This document shows positions 38,623 to 50,272 of a DNA stretch of 64,000 nucleotides, piece by piece; position 1 is the stretch's first letter, and every line of letters starts with the position of its first letter. A program made the translations under genes and the position numbers. A model generated the notes under the pieces. It saw only the letters and a list, made by a program, of their open reading frames with translations. It was not told the DNA's origin and searched no databases. The stretch comes from Podarcis liolepis. Lineage: Eukaryota. The stretch lies in the NCBI GenBank assembly GCA_965112155.1, contig OZ218112.1. One strand, given 5' to 3'.

Positions 38623-39499
38623 ATAATATTGATACTGGACATCTAAAGTGGTGACACCTACCCTTTGGAATTCTCTCCTGCTACATTCTAGGCAGGCACA
38701 ATATTCACTGTCATTACAGTCTCTATTGAAGACTTTCTTCTTTCAACAAGCCTTTTACCTGAAATTTTTTATTTCAATGGGCATCTGCACTGGATTTGAA
38801 ATTCCTTTTATTTTTGGATTTGTTTTAGTTTTTTATATGCAATTGTTTAAACTGCATGCGGTTCTTTTATTTTTGATGTGCTTTGAGAAGTGATTCATAA
38901 ATGAAATAAATAAGAAAAATGAAATACGGTAAATAACAACCTTGTCATATATGAAAAAGGGGGGGGGAGTGCAGAGACTGTGTGAGAGGCAAACAACTTC
39001 CTTCCCCATCACAGGATTTTTGTGCCTTCAAAGCAATTCTATTTAATTTCAAAATTGTAGGGCCAGATGCTGAACCAGCATCTGTACCCACAAAGGTCAA
39101 TGATATTGATAGTGTCTGCCTTCTCCCAGGAAGTTCATCAATGAGCAAATTCGAGTGATCTTTCTCCATCGGCCTCAGTTCAGCTTGTAACATCTTTCTC
39201 TCTCTTTTGAAAAAGGGAGATGTGTTTCTAATGGCGCTATGCACTGATGGATGGAATGGAAACAAATATATTAGAGATATATTTGGCATTATTCCTGTAT
39301 CTGTTACAGCATCAAGTAAGGGGTTAATCTGAGCCAGAAACTCATTTTTTAATAATGAAGATGAGGTGGCAGGTTCAGCACTGACACAAGGAAGTGTTTG
39401 CAAAATTTATTTATTTTATTAAAAGACCAAAGAATGGTCCCATATTGCAAAAAAATACAAGGTAGCATATAAATGTAATACAGAATACAAAATTGAAAA

Positions 39500-40325
39500 T
39501 AATGTTAGTGAATTGTACAAAGCGTGTTCTCCTTCATGGAGAGCACGTGTTGCAGTGGGGGCCGCCAGGACACTCCAAAGTTGGGGGGCGGGCTGACTGA
39601 TCGTTGGCCACTGATGCGATTGGGGCTTCCCTTGTTGTTGGGAAGAAGATAATGTTGCCAATTTTTGATTGACAGCCAGAAATAGTAAAACCCCTTGCAT
39701 GAGGCTTCCTCTTTTCGCCCGTGCAGCGGATTGCCCGTCCCCCCACCCTATATTTAGGGTTGTTCGCATTGACCTTGCTATGGCTGTCATGGGGTCGTCT
39801 GCTCTTGGGGCAGGGGCCTGGTAGGAATTTTGTCCATCTGGCTGATTGGCTGGGGCCATTTGGTTTTTGCCTACTGCGTAGCAAATCGTCACAACTTGTA
39901 AGGTTCGCGGTTAGGCATTGGTTTATGGTTTGGTTGGTTGAGGGGCATGGATTGGCTGTGCCTGCCCCTCTAATGCTGCTGCTGCTGCAAGGGATTCCGT
40001 TAAAGAAATTGGGGGCTAACTATTGCTTGTCCACTCTGTCAAGGGGGCTCGGGCCATAGCAATGAGCTCCTGGTTGCATTTGGGGTGAGGGCAGGTTCCC
40101 TGCTCCGCGTAACCCCCAAGTGTATTCCCCCATTCTGACTTTTGCATCATGCGGAATGTCAGTCTGTCCCCCATGGTGGGGGCAGATAGTCGCAAGCAAT
40201 GCCTACGCAACCACTCACAAATTTGTATTTTAATAAAGTTGTGGCCAAAATTATGCCAAAAATCTTAAACAAAAACTTCTGTGTGATGTGTGAGTTATTG
40301 GGGTGGACCTGGGGACCTCGACACG
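39500..40325 (+). mobile_element. CpG-rich LTR-like unit, possibly DIRS/Ngaro-derived
   Basis: GC box, ATTGG, TATA-like ctatatttag (39748-39757), structured motif 39771-39898 and aataaagttgtggcc (40232); homologous architecture at 48470-49150 on the minus strand. Boundaries and class uncertain. Confidence 0.55.
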
Positions 40326-43300
40326 CAATGAGCATAATATAAAATATCAAAAAATGACTTAAATCATTGGCCACAAGGAGTCTAGCAAGGAAAGAATACA
40401 AAGGTTGCAGCAAGATGCACCTCAATGGAGATACACTGGTGTGGAGCCACCACCAAAAAGGTCCTTCTATGAACCTCCACACTACGCACCTCATTTAACA
40501 TAGGAAACGCCAGGGCAACTTTTTATGATGAATGCTCCTACTAACTATGGCATTTGATATGTGATGCCACCTTCACACATGTAAGTTATTGATGTTGCAG
40601 TGATCAAATGCTGAACATGCCTGTGTGGTCTGGAGATGAAACCAAAGGTTTCCATACATATTTTTTGTAAACTGCTTTGAGGATTTTTTTAATTTTTTAT
40701 TTTACAATGAGGCATTGTATAAATTTATGAAATAAACAAGTAAACACACACACACATGCCACATTTTCTCCAAGGAACTCAAGGTTGCATAAATTATTCT
40801 CTCCTCTTTCATTCGTTCCCCTTTGAGGTAGGCTACACTGTGAAAGACAAAGGGAGAGAGAGTGGTCCAAGGTAATCCTGTGCGTTTTATGGTTGAGCGA
40901 AGATTCAAAACCAGGTCTTCCCAGGCCTAGCCTGACATTAATTGTCACACCATGCTGGTTCTCAAGTCACATCAATGCTATGCATTCAAAGTGGGCACCA
41001 TTTCCATTAGAAGAGAACAAGGGAAGTGTTCATGGTGAGTTCTGGCACCTCCTTTTCTAGAAAACTAGGACTGCTCAGCACCATTAACAAACTACAGTCT
41101 TTGGGATTCTTAGGGGGGAGCTGTGACTCTCAATGTGTTATGAAAGTACTTTATGGTATGGATGTGACCTCAGCATGAACCCAGGCCTCTCATAATGCTC
41201 AGCAGGTTAATCAACCACAGTATCCTCTCAACATTCATCTCCAGTTCTTAAAGTGCATTGAACTGTTGCATGTGGGTTCAGCAGTTTGGGCTCCCAAAGC
41301 TAACTGCTCTGCTAGGCTGTGTGGAAGACAACACGTACAGTAAATATATCCAACAATCACATTGTCTTGACCTTGGGATTTTTAATGTGCACATGCACAT
41401 ACCTAGCCAATCTCCAACGGTGCACATGCTGATGTTACTGACCAGAAGAAAACTCTCCTTGAGCTGGTGAGAACCCACACATCAAATGAACCCAAAGTTG
41501 GGTGTTGTTGTTGTTGTTTTTTTAAAAAAAGATGCACATGTATTGTAAAATTGTAAACCACACCGAGTGCCTTGGCAAAAAAGGCGATAAACGAACAAAC
41601 AAACCTGCTACCAAGAGAACATCCTCTCTGCACAAATGAAGTCCATGCAATGGACTTAAAAAATATTGTGAATTCCTGAGAATGAATCATACATTCAATT
41701 ATGATTACATGCACACCTCTTAAACAAAGATAGGGAAATGGCGTCCCTTCAGAACCTGTAGGACTACAACTCCCAACTAGCATGGCAATGATCAGGATTG
41801 TTGGGAATTGGGGTCCAATAACATATGGAGGGCTGCAGCTTCCCCCAATGTTGTGTAAAGGCTTACTGTGGATAAAGGACTGAATTGGACCTCACTTTTT
41901 GGATTACATCTATCTAGGAAAATGGCAGTTCTCCTGGGCTTATATATTCCCCAGACTAAATTGCAGTGTGGGAAAAGAGGAAGGGGATCCATGAGCAAAA
42001 CGGAAGAATCTCCATTTGTTTTCTTAAGCTCTTTCTCTGGATAACCAAATGATCAATTCTCACTGTGTGCAGAAGAAAATTGAGTTAAGTTTCGTAATTT
42101 GCTGGTGCTGCTAGAGCTGTGGGTTTTGCTTCATTTTTTTAAGTGGATGGGGAATCCTTGATTTGGACTATCCTGTTAAATTCTTATGGTTTTTGTTTTT
42201 TTTTTTGTATTTGCATTATGTTAAAACACAGTTTGTCAGACAATGGTGGACTTCTGAAAAGATAACCACTCTTGATATTTTGTGCCTATTAGCTTTCGCT
42301 CTTTCCTTATAAATCTGAGTCTGGCAATGGCAAGTTCACCGACTCCAGATTTGAAACTTGATTTCCTTGGCATCACAGCATTAGCATTCAGCTGTGGGAT
42401 GTAACATAATAGTATTATAAGCAACCTTCCATCCTGTTGTCATGGATGCAACACAACCCAATATTGATAGCAATATAACACCAGAACATTATGAAATCTC
42501 ATTTTTATCTACCAATTTTAATTTAATTACAGTGGAAATTCTTTTCAAATATCAAATGTGCATTTATTTTTTCTCACCTACCCCCATTTAAAGGCATTCA
42601 TTCCATTAGCATTATGTAGCAGAATTCTCTTTGTCCAATGTTCCTTTTCTTTGTAGTCGAAATATATGTCAGTGTTAGTTTTGGAGACTATTTGAAATAA
42701 GCTTCCATAAAACGTATTTGTTTCTGAGTCAGGGTGGTGTTATTTATTTATTTGCAAATAAATTTTAAAGAACATTTGCATTTCTGCTACAAGGGCTGCA
42801 TCGCACTACTTGCAAATAGGGATGGATGGATCAATCTGTTTCCAGTTTATGACAATTTTGCATGCGTTTAGCCATAACTCTGTTCCATCCTGTTTCTACA
42901 TTAATCTGCAGTATTTGATTTTAGAAAGAACATCTGTACAGAAATTGGCTTTTAGTCTTTATTTTATTTTTATTTTTTTGGTACGGTATTGCATTTTCCA
43001 TAACAGAACCATATAAAATTACAAAAGGTATGTTTGTCCAAGAGAAATAAATTGCTACAATTTCTACTTTGAGGTTGTTGCTTGTTTGTTTTTTTACATT
43101 CAAGCGGTACATAAATATTATGAAATAGATAATGAAGATTCATAGAGAAGCTGCGTCATCTTTTGAGTCTATTAGGAACAAAAAAAGTGAAATGCACATT
43201 GAAGTATGGATTTAAAGAATCCTTAAATGCATAGTTTATCTCAAAAATGCATTTAAATACATATTTTATCCCAATGTATGCATTTTAAAATGCATTTTAT

Positions 43301-43523
43301 CCTAAAATATGTGGTTAAACACACACACACATTCTGATACTTCTTTGATCTGAGAACCATGCTGCAAAATTTGGAGAAGTGCAAAATCCAATGGATATTA
43401 CATTCTGTAAGGGATGGATGAATCCATCAGTTTCACTTTCTCTCCACTTCTCTTCTTCCCAATCTTAAGCTTGGTTCGTTGGTTTGCAAAAACAAAACAA
43501 AACAGCAACAACCCTGGAAAAAA

Positions 43524-43723
43524 TTAAAAAAATTCCTTCCAGTAGCACCTTAAAGACCAACTAAGTTAGTTCTTGGTATGAGCTTTCGTGTGCATGCACA
43601 CTTCTTCAGATACCATGCACACGAAAGCTCATACCAAGAACTAACTCAGTTGGTCTTTAAGGTGCTACTGGAAGGAATTTTTTTATTTTGACTATGGCAG
43701 ACCAACACGGCTACCTATCTGTA
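43524..43723. mobile_element. 200-bp Penelope pLTR fold-back (inverted) insertion
   Basis: 11-bp TSD cctggaaaaaa (43513-43523 / 43724-43734); about 72-bp inverted arms nearly identical to 18110-18197; ends in the PLE-type 3' terminus agaccaacacggctacc. Confidence 0.9.
43574..43615 (-). ncRNA. Minimal type-I hammerhead ribozyme (second copy)
   Basis: UGGUAU-CUGAAGA-A-GUGUGCAUGCACAC-GAAA-GC-UC-AUACCA, with a 6-bp stem I. Confidence 0.82.
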
Positions 43724-44124
43724 CCTGGAAAAAAAGGTCTGCATGAAAATCAGTATGCGTTCTCATGCCTGTTCTCCTAATATATGTATTTTTTAAAACA
43801 TTATTTTCACTAATATACACTTTTGGTGCACATTTTTTTTTGTTTGAGAACTTCATTGCAAAATTTCAAAGTGTGAATTTCAAAGAGGAGCTGTGTTTCA
43901 GTTTGCATCTTGGTTTGGGATGTATGAAGTTGGCATTAAAATGAATTTCTCTCCCACCCCTAAATTTTGATCTATGTATTAGTTCCAGAGATGTGAATTA
44001 GGTCAGTTTGTTTAAAACTGCAAACCAAACCAAATTTTCTTCCAACAATATATTGCAAAAGAACTGAGAGAAAATAATTGTTTGAATAATTAAGATGCTT
44101 CCTAAACATCTCTTTAGGATGATT

Positions 44125-44127
<3 letters not shown>

Positions 44128-44179
<52 letters not shown>

Positions 44180-44212
44180 CCTCCCTCCCTCCCTCCCTCT
44201 CCCTCTCCCTCC
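44128..44212. repeat. (TC)n(TCCC)n polypyrimidine microsatellite
   Basis: Directly visible. Confidence 0.95.
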
Positions 44213-44428
44213 TTCGGAATGCTCAGAAGGGTACCATTCCCTGAAGCTACAAGAGGCTGGTACCTGTACTATCCTCAAAATTGAGGCTGTGTAGCATTAA
44301 TGTGCCAAATGTGTGCATCCAGAAGATCTAACTTCTTTGCTAACACAGATCTGTTGTCATCCCTTTAGTAATTCTAAGTCTGACAGGATGTGGTTCTCAA
44401 AATTGAAAAGGGATCCAGAGCAAGCCTG

Positions 44429-44598
44429 NNNNNNNNNNNNNNNNNNNNNNNNNNNNNNNNNNNNNNNNNNNNNNNNNNNNNNNNNNNNNNNNNNNNNNNN
44501 NNNNNNNNNNNNNNNNNNNNNNNNNNNNNNNNNNNNNNNNNNNNNNNNNNNNNNNNNNNNNNNNNNNNNNNNNNNNNNNNNNNNNNNNNNNNNNNNNN
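44429..44598. other. Assembly gap (170 N)
   Basis: Run of N. Confidence 0.99.
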
Positions 44599-45226
44599 CC
44601 ACTGCTTACACAAGGGTTCAGTTTCAGGGGTCCATGTGCAAAGTCAATAACCCACGGAACCCGACCTCCACAGGTGGAGGGTTGCATGCTAGGGTCTGGG
44701 AAGGTCACAGGAAGGCCATGAGAGCTTTCCAGGGCCCACCTGCGATCTTCCCAGACCCCAATTAGCAAGGCGGTGCCTTCCCAGAGCCTTCACACCTCCT
44801 TCCCAGAGGGAGATAAGGAAGGTGCTGCCTGCTCACCTGGCTTTGGGAAGGTGGTACAAGGGCTGTGGGACTCTACCAGAGCCCTCAAACTGCCTTCCCA
44901 TAGCCAGGTAACTGAGGTGCCAGGCTTTGGGATGCAGGGGTGAGGGCTCCAGCTGTGTCTCAGAGTCCTCGCTCTTTCTTCCCAAAATCCCATACCTCAC
45001 ACAGCTTTGGGAAAGTGGCATGAGGACTCTGGGATGCTGTCAAAGCCCCCTCACCAATCCTTTCCAAAACCCTAGTAAATGAGGAAAACCCACTGGATGT
45101 GTCAGTGGGGAAAATAAATAAACAGAAAGCCAATATAATTGCAAGTTGTATGTATTAAAATTTTGAAAATGCATAAATAAAAAAGACTGAGCTATGTCTC
45201 TTCCCCTTGAAGAGAATGAAGGGCAT

Positions 45227-45345
45227 ACAGGGAACCAGGCAGAGGGCCTTCTCGGTAGTGGCGCCCTCCCTGTGGAACGCCCTACCACCAGATGTCAAAG
45301 AGAACAACAACTACCAGACTTTTAGAAGACATCTGAAGGCAGCAC
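45227..45345 (+). mobile_element. L2-clade LINE fragment
   Basis: Encodes GTRQRAFSVVAPSLWNALPPDVKENNNYQTFRRHLKAA. Confidence 0.85.
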
Positions 45346-45569
45346 CTGAGGTTCCTGAGGGCCTGATGTTCCCCACTCCTAGGTTCCTGCTCTCTTTGCA
45401 TCCTGACAGAGTTAAACATAGGAAACATAAGAAGCTGCCCTTTATGGAGTTGGACTACTAGACCATGTTTTATGCAAGTGGGCTGTTGGTTCTCCTCCTC
45501 TCCCTCCAAAAGGACCATGTGCAGCCAAGGTCTTTTGGCTTAGAACAAAATGAGGACTCAAAATGGAAT

Positions 45570-45982
45570 GGGAAAAACTTGCCCTCTCACTCTTGGAACA
45601 CTAGAACTTGAATGCTATTCAATGTAGATGGTCGGTGGGAGATTCAGGACAAATGGAAGTATTTTTCCCCACACAGCAATTGGTAAAGTTATGGAATTTG
45701 CTGCCACATGATGTGTTGATGATGACCACAGGCTTTGATAGCTCTGAAAGGGGGATTAGACAAATGCTTAATGAAATACTTTTATGAATGGTTGGTTGCC
45801 ATGACGGCTATATACAATCCCCATGTTGAAGGCCAGTATGCCATTGAGTACCAATTGCTGGAGAGAAATTACAGGAGAGTGTTGTGACTTTTAAGTTTTG
45901 TTTGCTGTATTCTGGGAAGCATCTGACTGGCTTTTACTAGGTTAGAAGGACATTTGGTCTGATCCCACATGTCTCTTGTTAT
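45570..45982 (+). mobile_element. Old CR1 3' fragment
   Basis: Homologous to 9195-9661 (gggagattcaggacaa, ggattagacaaat). Confidence 0.65.
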
Positions 45983-48469
45983 GTTGGGAAAACCCTGTTT
46001 CCTTAAAAGGGGGAAAAGCAAAGTCTTTACCATTGACCAATCTTTTCCAATGCGGCAAAGTATAGATTTTTTTGAGCTTCAACTCCCATTCAACATGGCC
46101 AATAGTCAGGGTGATGGGAGTTGTGGTCCAACAATGTCTGGTGGACAGCAAGTTGGGGAAGTCTGCTATAGATGTTTTTGAATGTTGTTATGACTACATT
46201 TTAAATTGTTTTAGCCACCCTTTCATAATTGCACATTGTTTTCTGGTAACCATATTTAATTGTTTTCCCCCCCTTTTCCTCCCCCCTTTTACACAGAAAA
46301 GCAGCTTTTCCTGCCTAGATTCTGTGCACACCCCTAATTAAAACTACTATGAAGGTGCCTGCATCAGTCAGCAAAACCAGGCAGAGAACATTATGGAGTG
46401 AAAATTAAAGAAGGAAAACATCAGAGAGTCTACTGTATATGCCTGCTGTTAGACACTCAAGCATGGAGAACAGGATACACTTCCATGGATGGATAGCTTT
46501 CCTTATTAAAAAAACCCAGTAGGACGCACAGTAGGGGAACATACTAAAACAAGGCTTTGTAGTAATTTCCTTGAAAGAAATTTCCCAAGATAGCAAGTTG
46601 AAAAGCTTTTAATCTTACAGCTGGCTTAAGGAGGGAGTTTTGCTGTAGGTGGTATAAAGACAGACCATTTGATTACAGCTGATCAGGTAGAGTTGGTCCA
46701 ACAATCCAGACACTTTTGTTCCCCCAAGGGACTTTGAATTTCCACTAATGAAAAAAAAAAAAAGGTTGAAAAACTTTTGTCTGAAATTTCCAGTATCTTT
46801 AAGGACATGAGAATATTTGGGGGTTGGAGGGAGATGTTCTTATTTCAGTTTTTGTTAATAATAAAAAAAAACCATGTTAAGCGCCAGATGAAAAATCTCT
46901 TTGCAAGATGACAGACAGCTATGGTAGTGTTTGCTTCCTTTCTAGACTTTTAACTCATTCCTTGGATGACCTAGATGTTTCTGCAGGTGAACGTGAAAGA
47001 CAATGTCATGTCATTTCTGCTGTCATTCCGAACTTCCGATTTCCTCCCGAATAATGGCGCTATAAATAGCACCCTCTTAGCAATGTAAGCTGCCCAATTT
47101 AACCATCCCCGTTTTGAAAAGGGGATTGAAAAGACTTCCTGTGAATATTTGCCAATTCAAAGAGAATGACTTGGATAGCGCACCCTGTATTATTACCATA
47201 GACTGCCCTATATTATTACTCATATTCCTGCCCGTAAACTTTGTTTGAGGACTGCTAGCCAATTCAGTCATTAGCCTTTGCCTAAATTCCAAATATGAAA
47301 AGAAAAAAAGGAAACCATGAACCAGAATTATTTGTGTTTTAGGCCACTGGTAGATTGAAACAAGCTGTATGGTGGTGGTGGCGGAACAGAATGGGAGGCT
47401 AAACAGATGGGTTTGTATCTAATGAAGTTGAAGTCACTTAGCAGTGGACTTGTCAAACTAGTGAAAAATTTAGTGCTGCTGGAACATTATTGTGCAAAAG
47501 AACATAAAATCAAACTGGTGGTAACTTTGTTGTGGAATAGATTGCACAATTTGTTGTGCTGTGCGTTTCTGCTAGCACAACTGTTATGTTGAATTCCTGT
47601 TGTGCAACATTAAGACTCACCCCTCCATTAGCTCAAGAGCCCTTGTGCTAGTGGACAAAGAATGTTGGGTACAGCCCATGATGTAGCTGAGCCCCATTTG
47701 TGCTCTTCTCTAAGCACAACTAACAGGAGTTCCTGCCTTTGGTATATGAAATCGGATAGACAACTGAGAAAGGGACTGACAGCAGTATAGCAAGACACAG
47801 TAGTGGGATGAAGTTCAGTTTTAGCCTGTGACTAGAACAGCTGTGGGAAAGGATATTGTAGACCCGGGAAAGGTTCAGAAAATGGAATTAAAAATAATCA
47901 AATAATTGGGGTAACTCATCTATGACAAATGGTTGCAACATTTGGGGCTTTTTCATTTGGAAAACAGGAATATTTGCCTACAGACCTGTTTCTCAATTCT
48001 GCCCCCTGCTGTGGACCCTCGAAAGGCCTTATAAGGCTCACATGGGCTGGAAGTGCCCTAGAGTGATGCTATTCCAGGGGTACTTGTGGGGGGTTGGATA
48101 GTTAAAATGTGAGCCACCTGGCACCAATCAGAGGAGTACTGTGGTTAGGTGAGCCAACCGGAGCATCCACTGGCATGGAAGCAGTTCCAATGTCAAGGTG
48201 TCCATCAAATTTGGAGCTCTAGCCCTGATCCCTAGTTCCACTCAGAGCTGGAAATAAAGGAGAACAGGCTTTGCTACTCCAGTATCTGATAACTCTGCAG
48301 TAAAGTGAACCTGAAGGAAAATTTGAGCAACAGAAACATAATTGTTAAGTTATCGTGCCCTCTCTTCCCATTCTTCTCCCACCTCATTTTCTCTGACTTC
48401 CAATAGAAGTTTGCACCTCTGTTTTCTGTCACATGATGCCTGTAGTACAGTGAGGGGCAAACCACAGAA

Positions 48470-49150
48470 ATTTGTGTTGAAGTAGACCACATTTTTATTG
48501 TTTACAGATGTACAGATGGCCAAGGCATTGGGAATGTATCTGGCATCAAGCAGCCCACCTGCTGGTTGATGAATAAGGTGCAGTTGACTCAGAGCAGGGG
48601 AGTCACCCCTGACATGGACTAGGTGCTATGATCCCACTTGCGTCACCATTGGGAGATGTGCTGTGGTCCATCACCCCCTGTGTGGACCCCCAGAGACACC
48701 CTTCCTGGACCCCTTTAACCTGACCAGCTAAGGATCCAACCCAATGGCTTATCCACCCAAATTGTGACTGTTACTATGAGGTAGGTGAAAAACTGCAGAC
48801 TGGCCAATTCGTCTGCAGGAAAAAAATTCCTCCCTGGCCCTGAATACAGCCACTGAATAACCATAGCAAGGTCCTGTTGACCTGCGTGCTCACCTTCAGG
48901 CTGACCAATTACAGCCTAGGTGGGTGAGTGGTGAATCTAACAAATGAGGGCAAACTACACCAGGCTGACCTTTTAAATACTACAGGGGCGGGCCTGGTTC
49001 AGCCTCCTCCCCTGCAACTTGATTGGCCCATTCAACCAGATCATCCCCATCAGGCCAGCACAGCCAGAGGGGGAGGCACTAGACATCCCCTCCATTGTGT
49101 GGGAAGGAGCTAGCCCCTGGGACCAGGCTGTAGCCGTGCCACACCACACC
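48470..49150 (-). mobile_element. LTR-like unit related to 39500-40325 (DIRS/Ngaro-like?)
   Basis: Minus strand order: CCAAT, GC box, tatttaaaa, structured motif 48758-48873, gttaaag, then caataaaaatgtggtc. Confidence 0.55.
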
Positions 49151-49913
49151 AAACAGCAAATGCTGCTCCCCTGGAGTCCCAGGTGAGAAGATATTTCTGC
49201 ATTTAGAGCTGAATAACCTATAATAGCAACACATGAAAAAAAATGCTAATCAGCCCAATTTCTTGCTTAGGCATGAGCTCTGTTGCTATTGTATATAAAT
49301 ATGTTAGAAATCAGTTGGAAAGGGTTTAAATTACAGTCCCCTTGGCACAGGACTTCTAGGTCATGTTTTGCCCAATACGATGAGGTACCAGTGGTGGCCT
49401 GATTCAGTTCAAGCTACGTTCATGAGACCTGAGAGTGTTTTCAGCACCTTGTAAACCTGACTAACCCAGAGCTGAGAAACACTCTCCGTGTCCTGAATAT
49501 CTCATGTCGGCCACCAAGGGCTGAGAACAGGAAACAAACACGCTTTATAATGCGTTTCACATTGAAATAATTAAAGAGAATTGTTGCTGGAGGGAAACGT
49601 GTCTTTAAAAATTAACCCTGATTTTTTCACTGACACATTTCATTTACTTAGAGCGGTCCTTGGCATTTCCCTCCCCTCCCCTCCCCAATAGAACAAGCTT
49701 AACATTGGCTGAAAAGGGAAATCAGGGAGTGGGGTGCGAAAGAGAAAAGAAAACTTGGGATCAGGAGGAATAGAAAATCCATTCCTACAATTCTTACTCG
49801 CTCAAGCAGTTCTTATGAGGACTGTGCTTGTGACTTTGGATAAGAGGCTTAAAACTGAGTTAAGAACCCAAATTCGCAAAATAACAACTTTAAGGATTCA
49901 TATCCCTTTCCTG

Positions 49914-50272
49914 GGGACGCAGGTGGGGCTGTGGGTAAAAGCCTCGGCGCCTAGGACTTACTGATCAAAAGGTCGGCGGTTCGAATCCCTGCGGCAGGGT
50001 GCGCTCCCGTCGCTCGGTCCCAGCCCCTGCCAACCTAGCAGTTCGAAAGCACCCCCGGGTGCAAGTAGATAAATAGGGACCGCTTACTAGCGGGAAGGTA
50101 AACGGCGTTCCGTGTGCTGCGCTGGCTCGCCAGATGCAGCTTTGTCACGCTGGCCACGTGACCCGGAAGTGTCTGCGGACAGTGCTGGCTCCCGGCCTCT
50201 AGAGTGATATGAGCGCACAACCCTAGAGTCTGTCAAGACTGGCCCGTACGGGCAGGGGTACCTTTACCTTTT
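49914..50272 (+). mobile_element. Sauria SINE, divergent subfamily
   Basis: Same architecture with many diagnostic differences (aaagcacccccggg, gtgtctgcggacag, ggcccgtacgggcaggggta); 13-bp TSD tatccctttcctg. Confidence 0.9.

Larger units (their letters stand above)
42817..44051. mobile_element. hAT-like TAGGGATG element containing a second copy (about 43409-43962), which contains a Penelope insertion
   Basis: Outer flanks cttgcaaa/attgcaaa; inner termini agggatgga...cccaccccta. Confidence 0.6.
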
